Assembly (NCBI GenBank): GCA_965226885.1
Contig: CBDDEL010000014.1
Span: 352,001-416,000, forward strand
Direction of reading: 5' to 3'
DNA length: 64,000 nucleotides
Origin: Opitutales bacterium
GTDB taxonomy: Bacteria; Verrucomicrobiota; Verrucomicrobiia; Opitutales; UBA2987
Of this stretch, positions 35,942 to 47,467 are shown piece after piece. A model generated the notes under the pieces. That model was not told the origin of the DNA. It saw only the letters and a list, made by a program, of their open reading frames with translations, and searched no databases. Within the stretch, counting starts at the first letter, position 1. Every line of letters begins with the position of its first letter. The translations under genes and the position numbers were made by a program.

Positions 35942-36247
35942 TTAAGGCAGGTTGATGAGTTGCTTTTTAGGTTTTGGCGGATGTTTGTAAAATATTGCCA
36001 TGCTGCCGATGAGGCCAATTTGGTGACAGGCGGCGGCTTTTTGCACTTGGTTGGCCAGGGTTATTCTGTCTTCGCGTTTACCTGGTAATTTAATTTTAAT
36101 TAATTCCTCACGTTCGAGGGCGGTTTTTAGATCTTTGATGATGTTTTCGGTGAGACCGTTTTTTCCAATAACCATTTTCGGTTTCAAGCCCATAGCCAAA
36201 CCTTTGAGGTATTTATTCTGTGCACTGGTGAGGGTTGGCGTTGGCAT
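35942..36247 (-). CDS. yhbY: YhbY/CRM-domain RNA-binding protein
   Basis: LTSAQNKYLKGLAMGLKP..IGKNGLT..ELIKIK..IGSMAIFY. Confidence 0.88.
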   Translation of the reverse strand: MPTPTLTSAQNKYLKGLAMGLKPKMVIGKNGLTENIIKDLKTALEREELIKIKLPGKREDRITLANQVQKAAACHQIGLIGSMAIFYKHPPKPKKQLINLP

Positions 36248-36260
36248 GGCAGCGAAGGCG

Positions 36261-38936
36261 CTAATCGTTTTTAAGGAGTGACTGGAGGGCGTCCGGCAAG
36301 GATTCGATATCACTTCCGCCGCCCATGGCGAAGTCGGGTTTGCCGCCACCTTTGCCGCCCAATTTGGCGGAGAGTTGGCGGATGATGTCACCGGCTTTAT
36401 GGCCTTGGCTGATGGCTTCGTTTGAGGAGAGGGCGAGAAGGGTGGCCTTGCTGCCGAATACCGCGCCCAGAACGATCACCGCGGGGCCCGTTTTTCTGGA
36501 TATTTCAACGGCCAATTTTCTGAGGTCGCCGGGATTGGCCACATCGACTTTGGCCGCTACCCATTTTAGATCCCCGATTTCTTTTGCATCAGCGGCCAAA
36601 TTATCAGCCAGGGCGGTAGTCCCTTGACGGCGGAAATTGCGGAGTTCGTCCTCCTGGCTTTTACGCTGTTGAAGAAGGGAAGCTAATCTTTGGCCAAGCT
36701 CGGCCAGTGGGCAGGAGAGTTGGTGGGCGAGGGTGTTTAAAAGTTGGAAGTTTTTTTCTACCAGCGAAAAGGCGCTTTCTCCAACCACCGCCTCGACGCG
36801 CCGGGTGCCCGCGGCAATGGCCGATTCGTGGACAATTTTAAGCAGACCGATTTCACCGGTGGCCCGCCCATGGGTGCCGCCGCAAAGTTCGAGGGACCAT
36901 CCCCCGATATCCACCACGCGGACGATTTCCCCGTATTTTTCACCAAAAAATGCGATGACGTTATCCGGTTTTTGGGCAAAGGGGACCTCATACCAATCGA
37001 TGGCCACATTTTCCAGAAGCCGTTGGTTGGCCAGCAACTCGATCTGTTGGAGTTTCTCTTTGCCGGGGGCTTCAAAATGGGCGAAATCGAATCGCAAACG
37101 ATCTTCCGCCACCAAGGAACCGGCTTGGCGGACATGAGCCCCGAGGACTTTGCGGAGGGCCCAATGGAGAACATGGGTGGCGCTGTGATGGCGTTGGATG
37201 GCTTTTCGGCGGGGCACATCGACCGACAATTGGGCAGGTTTTCCAATCGAGTCGCTGCTCAGTAAGTCCGCGTCATCCATTTGATGCAGGTAACGGCCGG
37301 AGTCGTCACTAATGGTATCGACGACCCGAAATGACTTTCCCTCGATTTGGACAATACCGGTATCGCCCAATTGGCCGCCCATTTCCGCGTAAAAAGGCGT
37401 TTGACGAAAAATCAGGAAAGATTTGCCATCGGCATCGACCCGGTCGAGTAGTTCCGTTTGATGGTTAGTGAGGTTTTCTTCCTCGAACCCCACGAATTCT
37501 GTTTTTTGGGTGTCCTGATCATTTTCCGAAACCTCGATAGCGGTTTTTTTCTGGGCGGCCCGGCCCCTGGCCCGCTGTTTTTCCATTTCTTGAGCAAAAC
37601 CATCGAGATCGACTTTGAGGTGGCGTTCGCGGGCGATTATCTGGGTGAGGTCGATGGGGAAACCATAAGTATCGTAGAGTTGAAAGGCGTCCCGGCCGCT
37701 GATGATGGCAGAATTTTCCTGAGTAATTTTTTCGAACAGTTGCAGGCCGCGGTCGATGGTGCGCTCGAAGGATTCTTCCTCCGAGGCGATGACTCTGCGG
37801 ATCACTTCGCGGTGTTCGACCAGTTCCGGAAAGACGGCGGCCAGTTTTTCCTCCACCGAATCGGCCAGTTTGACGAAAGATGAAGCTGGCAGATCGAGGT
37901 GACGCGAAAACAGGACGGCGCGGCGCAAGATTCGGCGCAGGACGTAGTTGCGGCCTTCGTTGCCGGGCAGAATGCCGTCGGCGATGGCGCAGGAGAGGGT
38001 GCGGATGTGATCGGCCAGGACGCGAAAGGAACAGTCTTTCAATTCCCCATCGCTCATTTTGTCGGGATCGTTCGGGACCGTGCCACAGTAACGATGCTCG
38101 GACAACTCTTCCAAATGCCGGAAAATATCGGTAAACAAATCGCAGTCGTAATTGCTGGGAGCTTTGGAGAAATCGATGAAATTATTTGTCGTGGCCATGA
38201 TTCCGGCCACGCGCTCGAAACCCATTCCGGTGTCCACATGCTGGGCGGAGAGGGGTTTGTAAGAACCATCCTGGCCAGCGTTGAACTGGATGAATACGAG
38301 GTTCCAGATTTCGATGCAAAGCGGGGAATCCTTATTAACGAGGCTGCCACCGGTATCACCATCGGGCGTCAGGTCCATGTGGATTTCGCTGCATGGACCG
38401 CAGGGGCCAGTATCGCCCATCATCCAGAAATTATCCTTTTTGTCCCAGGCCTGGATGTGTTTCTTTGGGTCCAAACCGCTTTTGGTGAAAACTTCGGTCC
38501 AATGATCCCACGCCTCACGGTCGAATTCCGCCGGATCGCCTTCAGCCGGTTTATAAACGGTTACGTAGAGCCTTTCCTTGGGAAAACCCCACACCTCTGT
38601 CAATAATTCCCAGGCCCATTCGATGGCTTCTTTTTTAAAATAATCGCCGAAGGACCAGTTGCCGAGCATTTCAAAAAAGGTGTGGTGGTAGGTGTCCAGG
38701 CCGACATCATCGAGGTCGTTATGTTTGCCCCCTGCGCGAATGCATTTCTGGGTATTGGCAATTCTGAATTGGGCGGCGGGACGTTCCCCCAGGAAGTGAG
38801 GCACAAACTGATTCATGCCCGCATTGGTGAAGAGGAGATTGGGCGCGGTCGGCAGGAGAGAGGCCGAAGGCGTAATTTGGTGGCCTTTTTCCTTGAAAAA
38901 ATCGAAGAATGATTGCCGGATTTCGTCAGATTTCAT
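36261..38936 (-). CDS. alaS: Alanine--tRNA ligase
   Basis: LLFTNAGM, HHTFFEMLGNWSFGDYFK, HSATH, ELCGGTH, GGKGGG. Confidence 0.98.
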   Translation of the reverse strand: MKSDEIRQSFFDFFKEKGHQITPSASLLPTAPNLLFTNAGMNQFVPHFLGERPAAQFRIANTQKCIRAGGKHNDLDDVGLDTYHHTFFEMLGNWSFGDYFKKEAIEWAWELLTEVWGFPKERLYVTVYKPAEGDPAEFDREAWDHWTEVFTKSGLDPKKHIQAWDKKDNFWMMGDTGPCGPCSEIHMDLTPDGDTGGSLVNKDSPLCIEIWNLVFIQFNAGQDGSYKPLSAQHVDTGMGFERVAGIMATTNNFIDFSKAPSNYDCDLFTDIFRHLEELSEHRYCGTVPNDPDKMSDGELKDCSFRVLADHIRTLSCAIADGILPGNEGRNYVLRRILRRAVLFSRHLDLPASSFVKLADSVEEKLAAVFPELVEHREVIRRVIASEEESFERTIDRGLQLFEKITQENSAIISGRDAFQLYDTYGFPIDLTQIIARERHLKVDLDGFAQEMEKQRARGRAAQKKTAIEVSENDQDTQKTEFVGFEEENLTNHQTELLDRVDADGKSFLIFRQTPFYAEMGGQLGDTGIVQIEGKSFRVVDTISDDSGRYLHQMDDADLLSSDSIGKPAQLSVDVPRRKAIQRHHSATHVLHWALRKVLGAHVRQAGSLVAEDRLRFDFAHFEAPGKEKLQQIELLANQRLLENVAIDWYEVPFAQKPDNVIAFFGEKYGEIVRVVDIGGWSLELCGGTHGRATGEIGLLKIVHESAIAAGTRRVEAVVGESAFSLVEKNFQLLNTLAHQLSCPLAELGQRLASLLQQRKSQEDELRNFRRQGTTALADNLAADAKEIGDLKWVAAKVDVANPGDLRKLAVEISRKTGPAVIVLGAVFGSKATLLALSSNEAISQGHKAGDIIRQLSAKLGGKGGGKPDFAMGGGSDIESLPDALQSLLKND

Positions 38937-39015
38937 GGGATTTTAGAAAAATTGAACTTAATACTTTTTTAACCACAGATTACGCAGATTACTGCAGGTA
39001 TTGAAAGAATAGACC

Positions 39016-40119
39016 TTATTCCAGGTGGGAAAGTATGGCCTCTGCCATTTGCCGGGTGGTGACGCTTTCAGTTTCAAAGGCTATATCGCTCGTTCTAATG
39101 CCGGATGAGATTGCTTTGTGAACCGCTTTTTCGATTTCTTCAGCGGCGGCGGATTGGCCGAAGCTGTGGCGGAGCATGAGGGCGGCGCTGAGGATTTGCG
39201 CGCAGGGATTGGCGATGCCTTTCCCGGCGATGCTGGGAGCGGTTCCGCCAGCCGGTTCATAGAGGCCGAAGGGCAGGCCGTGGCAATTTTTTCCGGTTCC
39301 CAGGCTGGCCGATGCGAGCATCCCGAGTGAACCGCAAACGGATGCCATGAGGTCGGAGAGGATGTCGCCAAACATGTTTTCGGTCAGGAGAACATCGAAT
39401 TGTCCTGGGTCGCTGGCCATTTGCATGGCGGCGTTGTCCACATAGAGGTGGCTTAATTCGATTTCGGGCGCTTTGTTGGAAATATAATTGACGACCGTTT
39501 CGCGCCAGAGGATGGAGGTGGCGAGAACATTGGCTTTATCCACGGAGCAGATTTTCTTTCCGCGACCGAGGGCCGTTTGAATGGCCACTTCCGTAATGCG
39601 CTCAATTTCCGAGGTGCGGTAAATCATGGTATCGACGGCTTCTTTTTCGCCATTGTCGAGTGTTCTTGTTGTCTTGGGTTGGCCGAAGTAAATGCCGCCC
39701 GTCAATTCGCGCACGCAAACCAGGTCGATGCCTTGGGGAATACGGGCCAGTTTAATGGGAGAGGCATCGACAAGCTCGGGGTAAAGAAGGCCCGGCCTGA
39801 GATTGGCAAAAAGGGAAAAGGCTTTGCGCAGGGGTAAAAGGGCAGCCCTCTCCGGTTGTTCGGCGGGGGGCAGATGCTCCCATTGGGGGCCGCCGATGGA
39901 GCCGAAAAGAATGGCCTCGCTTTGGCGGCAGGCCTCCAGGGTATCGGCGGGAAGGGCGGTGCCCTGGCGGTCGATGGCGATGCCGCCGACATCGTATTCC
40001 GTGTAATCGAGGGCGAATTGATGTTTGCTGGCGATGTGGTTGAGCACTTTAAGCGCTGCGTCCATGACTTCCGGGCCGATGCCGTCGCCGGGCAAGACTG
40101 TAAATTTGAGGGTTTCCAT
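39016..40119 (-). CDS. leuB: 3-isopropylmalate dehydrogenase
   Basis: LPGDGIGPEV, RELTGGIYFG, DKANVL, NMFGDILSD. Confidence 0.96.
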   Translation of the reverse strand: METLKFTVLPGDGIGPEVMDAALKVLNHIASKHQFALDYTEYDVGGIAIDRQGTALPADTLEACRQSEAILFGSIGGPQWEHLPPAEQPERAALLPLRKAFSLFANLRPGLLYPELVDASPIKLARIPQGIDLVCVRELTGGIYFGQPKTTRTLDNGEKEAVDTMIYRTSEIERITEVAIQTALGRGKKICSVDKANVLATSILWRETVVNYISNKAPEIELSHLYVDNAAMQMASDPGQFDVLLTENMFGDILSDLMASVCGSLGMLASASLGTGKNCHGLPFGLYEPAGGTAPSIAGKGIANPCAQILSAALMLRHSFGQSAAAEEIEKAVHKAISSGIRTSDIAFETESVTTRQMAEAILSHLE

Positions 40120-40275
40120 TGGCAGATTTTCAGGTTTCAGGACTTCATGCCCTGTCTATTGCTTCATTTTTCGTAATAAATTCGTTTGATTGGAAGAAGA
40201 AAATGGCGGTAACGGGGCCATGATTCGAGAAAAAACTCGTTGCCAGCGGCACGACGGACGGCAATCTCGCTGGCA

Positions 40276-40914
40276 ATGGAAATACAGGTTTTTTCGCTTC
40301 CTCCTATCGAGACCAATGCTTACCTGCTCCTGCATAAGGAAATGGGTGAGGCGGTTCTTTTTGACGCTCCCATGAATGCCTGGCAGGCAATTGAACCGAA
40401 GCTACGGGGGGCCGGGTGCGCTTTAAAGGGCCTGTATCTTACTCATGGGCACTGGGATCACATCCTGGATGTAGCCCGATTCGTGGAGGCGGGCATCCCT
40501 GTCCATGCCCACCGTGACGATCTCGGCATGATCGAAAATCCATCCGAAATGGCGGAATTTGTGGTTCCAGGCATTTCTTTGGAAGGTGGAAAAATCGATC
40601 ATTTTCTGGAGGAAGGGCAGGAATTTACCCTTCTGGGCGAGGCGGTGGAGGTCAGGCATGTGCCGGGGCATTGCCCGGGAAGCCTGCTGTTTTATTTTTC
40701 CGGATTAGAACTGGCCATCTGTGGAGACGCCGTTTTTGCCGGGAGCATTGGGCGGACCGATTTTCCCGGTTGCAGCTCCGGGCAACTGCTTTCTTCCATC
40801 AAGGAAAAAATTTTTACCCTCCCGGATGAGACAAAGCTTTGTCCCGGACATGGTTACACCACTTCAGTAGGTGTGGAGAAGAAAACCAATCCGTTTCTGC
40901 GCAGTTTGGTCTGA
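40276..40914 (+). CDS. MBL-fold metallo-hydrolase (glyoxalase II/YcbL-like)
   Basis: THGHWDH, PGHCPG, GD..F.GSIGRTDFPG, PGHG. Confidence 0.92.
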   Translation: MEIQVFSLPPIETNAYLLLHKEMGEAVLFDAPMNAWQAIEPKLRGAGCALKGLYLTHGHWDHILDVARFVEAGIPVHAHRDDLGMIENPSEMAEFVVPGISLEGGKIDHFLEEGQEFTLLGEAVEVRHVPGHCPGSLLFYFSGLELAICGDAVFAGSIGRTDFPGCSSGQLLSSIKEKIFTLPDETKLCPGHGYTTSVGVEKKTNPFLRSLV

Positions 40915-40931
40915 GTCTTTTGTTTTTTTAA

Positions 40932-42062
40932 ATGAAATCGTCTGTCGATACTGAGTTTATGAAAAGGGCTGTGGCGGCGGCCCGGAAGGGTTGGGGGGCC
41001 ACTCATCCCAATCCCATGGTGGGCGCTGTAATCGTGGAAAAGGGTGAAATGGTTTCCGAAGGGCATCATGCCGCCGCTGGTGGGCCCCATGCCGAAATTG
41101 CCGCTTTGAGGAATTTAAACCGCAGCCCATCGAGGGAAATGACTCTTTATTCGACCCTGGAACCTTGCTGCACTCATGGGAAAACGCCGCCTTGCACGGA
41201 GGCCATCATTGGGTCCGGGATCGGGCGGGTTGTTGTGGGTACAACCGATCCCAACCCCCTGCATGTGGGCAATGGCTTTGAACAATTGCGGAGCGCCGGG
41301 ATCGAAGTGGTCGAGGGCATTTTGCGGGATGAATGCGAGGATTTGAATTTGATTTTTAATCACTGGATTACGCGGGGGGAGCCTCTGGTGGCCGGTAAAA
41401 TTGCCACCACCATCGATGGCCGTATCGCGACCAGAAGCGGTCAATCGCAGTGGATTACTGGAGAAGAGGCGCGGGCGGATGTCATGCGGTGGCGACGGCT
41501 CTTTCCCGCCATTGCGGTAGGCGCGGGGACAGTATTGGCTGATAACCCTAGCCTGACCAGCCGATTGGGGGGCGAGGTCTGGTGCCCCCTGCGGTTTGTT
41601 TTCGACACCGGACTGCGGACGGTAGAGAAGCCCGAACTGAATCTTTTTTGCGATGAGCATAGGGAGCGGACCATTGTGGTGGCGGGTGAAAATGTGGACA
41701 TTGATCTATTGCAGTCATTAAAAAACAGGGGAATCCAGCATTGGGTTTTGCCTGAAGACGGCTCCGGCAGGCCGGATTTGAAGGCTTTCATGGGGAAATG
41801 CCGGGAGAGGGAAATAACCGGCGTATTTATAGAGGGCGGGGTCTCTTTGCTCAGTTCGTTTCTGCGGGGAAGACTTTTATCCTACCTATTCGCCTATCGG
41901 GGCGCCCTGATTTTTGCCGATGATGAGGCCCGGGGCGTCTTTGGCGGCAAGAAAACGCTCGCCATTGAGGATGGAATCTGCTTGCATAAGGCGTTGCATT
42001 CGAGTTTTGGCAGCGATCAATTAATGCGTGGTTTTTTGGCCTATCCCGAATCCTGGAACTGA
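40932..42062 (+). CDS. ribD: Bifunctional riboflavin biosynthesis deaminase/reductase
   Basis: PNPMVGAVIV, HAE, TLEPCC, ADNPSLT, IEGG. Confidence 0.96.
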   Translation: MKSSVDTEFMKRAVAAARKGWGATHPNPMVGAVIVEKGEMVSEGHHAAAGGPHAEIAALRNLNRSPSREMTLYSTLEPCCTHGKTPPCTEAIIGSGIGRVVVGTTDPNPLHVGNGFEQLRSAGIEVVEGILRDECEDLNLIFNHWITRGEPLVAGKIATTIDGRIATRSGQSQWITGEEARADVMRWRRLFPAIAVGAGTVLADNPSLTSRLGGEVWCPLRFVFDTGLRTVEKPELNLFCDEHRERTIVVAGENVDIDLLQSLKNRGIQHWVLPEDGSGRPDLKAFMGKCREREITGVFIEGGVSLLSSFLRGRLLSYLFAYRGALIFADDEARGVFGGKKTLAIEDGICLHKALHSSFGSDQLMRGFLAYPESWN

Positions 42063-42063
42063 A

Positions 42064-42687
42064 ATGAAGCTTTATCTGGCTAGCGGTAATAAAAATAAAA
42101 TAAAGGAGATTTCCCAAATCCTTTATGCCATGACGAATGTTCTGGAGGTTTTTTCACCGGATGAAATTGGCGGTATGTCGGCGGTCGAGGAGACGGAGGA
42201 CAATTTTGTGGGCAACGCGCGCCTGAAAGCCCATGCCCTCAAGGCGGTCGCTCCGAGAGGGTCCTGGATCGTTGCCGATGACAGCGGACTGGAAGTGGAT
42301 ATCCTGCAGGGAAGGCCGGGAGTCTATTCCGCCCGTTATGCAGGTTTAAACGCCACCGATGAAGAAAACACGACTAAGCTGCTGGCGGAAATGGAGTCCA
42401 TACCCGATGACAAACGCTCGGCCCGATTTGTATGCTGCGCCGTTTTACTGGAACCGAGTGGGGTGGAAAAGATTTTCCGGGACGCCTGCGAAGGCGTTAT
42501 CACGAGAGCGCCGTCGGGAACCCATGGATTCGGCTACGATCCGGTATTCAGCCCGGAGGGCTTTGATGAAACGTTGGCGGAATTAGGGTCCGACATAAAA
42601 GACCGGCTCAGCCACCGCGCCCGTGTCATGAAGGAGTTGGCCTTCTGGTTGAAATACACCCAAAACGCCTACGGGGCCGGTGTGTGA
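42064..42687 (+). CDS. rdgB: Non-canonical purine NTP pyrophosphatase
   Basis: ASGNKNK, ADDSGL, PGVYSARYAG, GFGYDP, SHR. Confidence 0.95.
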   Translation: MKLYLASGNKNKIKEISQILYAMTNVLEVFSPDEIGGMSAVEETEDNFVGNARLKAHALKAVAPRGSWIVADDSGLEVDILQGRPGVYSARYAGLNATDEENTTKLLAEMESIPDDKRSARFVCCAVLLEPSGVEKIFRDACEGVITRAPSGTHGFGYDPVFSPEGFDETLAELGSDIKDRLSHRARVMKELAFWLKYTQNAYGAGV

Positions 42688-42913
42688 GTTTGAAAGTTTA
42701 AGGTAAGGTTTTTAAAACCCCCTAATCCAGGTTCAGAGCCTTGCATTTTACGGTATGGAAGCTTCGTATTTGCGATCTGCTGTTGGTTCTATTTATGAAA
42801 TCATGAGAATCCATTGCGGAATGCTGCCATGAAAGAATCAAGCCCCGAAGCCAACCCGATTACCCGTTCAACCTTTGTTGACTCAAGCTCCTTGCTGCGT
42901 GACCAGGATTTTG

Positions 42914-42994
42914 GGTAGTGTATTAAGTAGGAATGGTGGCTAATTCTTGATTATATTGATGAATGAAAAGTCTCAGACAGGTTTCATGCATACT
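42914..42994 (-). mobile_element. IS1 type A terminal fragment
   Basis: 81 bp matching the IS1-A end, cut by IS21. Confidence 0.9.
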
Positions 42995-45392
42995 TGTAAA
43001 CGCCGGGGAAAAACCGGTACGGTAAAGAGGGCGCTTTAAAACCGGTACGCTTATCCTAGAAAGGAGGAGTGTATCGAGATATGAAGCAATGGACAAGAGT
43101 GCGGCACAAAGTGCTGCGGGACAAGCAGAGCAAGCGCTCTGTAATGCGAGAAGAGGGACTGCACTGGGAGACCCTGGGAAAGATGCTGGCCTATTCCCAG
43201 CCGCCGGGATACCGGCGCAAGAAGAGGCGAGAGCGCAAGATCGATCCGTATGTGGGCTGGATCGAGGAGGTGCTCAAAGCGGACCGGAACGTGCCCAAGA
43301 AGCAGCGCCATACGGCCAAACGGATCTACCAGCGTTTGGGTCGGGAGAAGGGCTACCAAGGGGGCTACACGGCGGTCAAGGAGGTGGTGGCCGAGCTGCG
43401 AGCGAGGCGGCGGGAAGTGTTCGTGCCGCTGGAGCACCGCCCCGGGGAGGGACAGGTGGACTTCGGTCATGCCCTGGTGAAGGAGGCGGGGCAATTGCGT
43501 AGGCGGCCATTTTTTGCCATGAGCCTGCCCTACAGCGATGCCTTTTTCGTGCAGGTGTTCGAACGGGAGTGCACGGAGAGCTTCTGGGAGGGGCACCTGC
43601 GAGCTTTTGAGTTTTTCGGGGCGGTGCCCCGGCGCATCAGCTATGACAACTCGAAGGTGGCGGTGGGTAAGATTATCGGTTCGCGTGAACGCAAGCTGAC
43701 CGACGGGTTTCTGCAGCTACAGAGCCATTACCTGTTCGAGGAACACTTCTGTCTGCCCGCCCGGGCCAACTTCCTGGTACCGGTACCGCAGGTTCGGGAC
43801 CTGGAGGAACTCAACGCAAAGCTGTTGGAGGCATGTGAGCGGGACATGGAGCGTAAATTACGCGGGAAAAGGGCGGTGAAAAAGGAACTGCTGGCCGAGG
43901 AGCGCGCCGTCATGCTGCCGTTGCCGCCCATACCCTTTGAAGCGAGCCGCAAACGCTCGACCTGCGTCAGCAGCCTCTCGCTGGTGCGCTTCGAGTGCAA
44001 CGACTATTCGGTGCCGGTGCGCTGCGCCCACCATCCGGTGGTGGTGGAAGGGTCCTGTCGGCAGGTGGTGATCTTCTGTGGGGGCCAAGAGGTGGCCCGG
44101 CACCGCCGCATTTGGGATAAAGAGCAAGTCTCTTTCGAGCCGGTGCACTACCTGGCTTTGCTGGAGAAAAAACCGGGCGCTTTGGACTTCGCCCGCCCAC
44201 TCTCGGGCTGGCAGTTGCCGCAGTGCCTGCAGGTCCTCAGACGCCGGCTCGAAAGCCAATGCGGGGGCGAAGGCAGCCGGGAGTATATCCGGGTGCTGCG
44301 GCTGTTGGAGAAACACCCCATGGCGGCCTTGCAGCAGGCCGTCGTCTCGGCCCTGCGGGTGGGGGGACTGACTCGTGAGGCCATCGCCCAGTATCTCTAT
44401 CCTCAGGAAGACTACGGGAGCAGAACCTTCCGGCTGGACGGCCATCCACACCTGCGTCACGTCCGTGTGGCCGCCCCTGACCTCGGTGCCTACAGCGAAC
44501 TGCTCAAGATTCCAGGAGGGGCTTTATGAAGGAAGAAAAAAACCAGCTGCTGTTACACCATCACCTCAAGAAACTGAAGTTGCCCACCATCCTGCGCGAA
44601 TGGCCGGCGGTGGCCGCGGCTTGTTCCCGGGACCGGCTCGATTACGCCGCCTTTTTGTTGCATCTGGTCGAACGGGAGCTCATTGAACGCGAACAGCGGG
44701 CCGCCCAGCGGCGGATCAAAAACGCCCGTTTCCCCGTGCTCAAGACCCTCGAGAGCTTCGCCTTTGAAGCGCAGCCCTCGATCAACGAAGCGCTCATCCG
44801 AGAGCTCATGCGCGGGGAGTATGTCGACCAGCGCGAAAACGTGCTGCTCCTCGGTAACGCCGGTACCGGTAAAACGCACCTGGCCACCGCCCTGGGCTTT
44901 GCCGCCTGTGCCCAGGGCCGGCGGATCTGTTTCTTCGGGGTCACCGCCCTGGTTACCCATATGCTCGAGCAACGCGACAACCACGACCTGCAGCGCTTCA
45001 TGAAGCAACTCGAAAGGCTCGACCTACTCATCCTCGACGAACTCGGTTACGTCCCTTTTTCCAAGACCGGTTCCGAACTGCTCTTCGACGTGGTCAGCCG
45101 CGCTTACGAGCGCACCAGTCTCATCGTCACCACCAACCTGCCCTTTGAGAACTGGATCGAAGTGCTCGGTTCCGAACGGCTCACCGGAGCTCTGCTGGAC
45201 CGACTCACCCATCGGGTGCATATCCTCGAAGCCAACGGGCAAAGCTACCGCTTGCGCGATGCTCGACGCCGTCGCCGTGGCACAAAACAATAAACGCCTT
45301 GGGCCCGGCTCGTCGGCCTCCGGCCTCCTCACCGACCCCAAGCCAATCCCCAAAACCAACTCCCAAACCCTAAACCTTGACGTACCTGCAAT
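42995..45392 (+). mobile_element. istA/istB: IS21 copy 3 (istA 43069-44529 with 45-bp deletion; istB 44526-45293), right end lost
   Basis: istA lacks PNEKGVVEGIVRYAR; right TIR replaced by IS1. Confidence 0.93.
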
Positions 45393-46194
45393 GGGAGTGT
45401 ATTAAGTAGGAATGGTGGCTAATTCTTGATTATATTGATGAATGAAAAGTCTCAGACAGGTTTCATGCATACTCTTAAGCTTGGAAAAGGAGAGGGTTTT
45501 GCGTGTGAAACGACCCAGTCGTTGGCGCAGGGTATTGTTCCATCGTTCCACATGGGCCGTTTCACCGGTTTCTTTTCCCACGGATCGGTTATGAGGAAAG
45601 ACTTCATCATAAGTGCTCCAAAAGTCGCTGTAGGTGGCACATCTTTTGTAGGCCCGTGGCAGACGCTCGTAAAGTTCCCGGCAACGATACCAATCCCGAG
45701 GCCCAATGGCATAGGAGAGGATTTGACGGGTGCGTCGGCAAAGAGCGATCCAAACCCATTGGGCATCGCTCTTGCGCCCCACAAAAGACCACAGTTCGTC
45801 CAGTTCAATGACATCATGGCGGCGGGCCGCAAGAATCGTGCTTTTGAGCGGTCGCAGCGATTGTCGTTTTTATTAACCAACTCAAAACGGTGTTGGGACT
45901 CACCCCGAAGGCGCGCTGTAAACCGCGTAGACTGCTGCGTTCCTGATAGACTCGAAGGATCATTTCTTTTTGCTCTTCGGTGTATTTCACTGTGGGGTTT
46001 TCGCGGCTTTGTTTACCACAATCATGGCAGCGGTAGCGCTGTTTATGGTTGGGCGTCTTGCCAAATTTAATGATATTTTCACTTCCACAGTGCCGACAAT
46101 TAATAAATTTAGTAACCATGCACTAAAAATAAACTGCCTAACGCTATTTGTACAGCTAAAAATACCAAATAACATTCTTTTTTTATACACTACC
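45393..46194 (-). mobile_element. IS1 type A copy with mutated TIR and slippery site
   Basis: GGGAGTG instead of GGTAGTG; A8 run interrupted. Confidence 0.92.
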
Positions 46195-47467
46195 GGATTT
46201 TGAAGGACTGCGGTTGCGGGCTGATGTAGATGGTTGCTTATTCTTTAAACAATTGCTTCCCGCCGGGGAAATTCTCAGGGTTCGGGCCGATATGCTGGCC
46301 GTTGTGGATAAGTATGGCTGGCGACAGGCCGGGCAGGATCCGTTGGGAGCCTTTATCGATCTTGAAGCCATCAACCAGGTGCCGGATAGTGAGATGCGCG
46401 ATGATATCGGCGTTAGCATCCCGGCCTATGACGATACCCAAAAACTGGAGAGTTTCCACCGTTTGCCGCACCATCCCAATTTGATCGCGCTCTATGGCGG
46501 GTTGTTTGAACGTGAGGTATTCGTGCATCCACGGCATATTGGGCGCATGATTACGGGGCATCGTTCAATGACGCCCACGCCCCAGCATCAAGATTTTCCA
46601 CTTATCCAGGGCAGCGCCAATACCTGGACGTGTTGGTTCCCTTTGGGTGACTGCCCTCGTTCTCACGGTGGATTGATTATTCTGCGGGGTTCCCACCGCG
46701 AGGGCTACATCCCGATCCGTCATGTAAAGGGGGCCGGTGAAATTGCCGTTCAACTTTGCCCGGGGGTCGAGGAATGGATGGAGGGCGACTACGAACTAGG
46801 CGACGTGCTGACTTTCCCTTGTTATACCGTGCACAAGGCATTACCCAGCCAATTCAAGGATCAAATACGCCTTTCGATGGATGTACGTTACCAGCCCATC
46901 GATGAGCCTATCGAAGAAAAATCCCTCCAACCGCACTGCGACCTATCATGGGAGGAAATTTACGCCAATTGGGAAAGTGACACCCTCAAATACTACTGGC
47001 GTCAATCATCGCCCAAACTCTCTCTCTGGAATGACTCACTGGTCCAGCCTTCCCGCCGAATCTGCTGAAGTAGAGTAGAGGGCATTATTCGCGAAGAGCG
47101 AAATGGAGTCAGGATGCAAAATAAGATTTGTGAAGGTTGAGGTCCGGATTGCACAGATACTGGATGCAGGATACTGGATTGGAGATGTGGGGTTTTTTGG
47201 TAGTGTTAACATTTTGAATGTTTAAGCTGTACTTTTTAGCGTGATTATGTTGTGAACTGGGAATGGTCCATATCACAGTAAAATGTCCTCAATGCGGAAG
47301 CGATCACATCATCAAGCACGGCAAGGATCCGAAAGGGGTTCAGAAGTATCGATGCAAGGGGTGTGGTTATCAGTTTCGGCTTCACCCCAAAAGTCGTGAG
47401 CATCCTCCGGCGCTGGTCAAGCAGGTGCTCCGTGCGCACCAAAACCGGATGAGCCTGCGTGCCATTT

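Larger units (their letters stand above)
42829..47068 (+). pseudogene. Phytanoyl-CoA dioxygenase (PhyH) family protein (about 316 aa reconstructed), split by an IS1/IS21/IS1 block
   Basis: HQD...W.PLGD...GSH...GDVL.F...VH...R.SMD.RYQ; TSD GGATTTTG at 42906 and 46195 rejoins the frame (951 nt). Confidence 0.87.
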
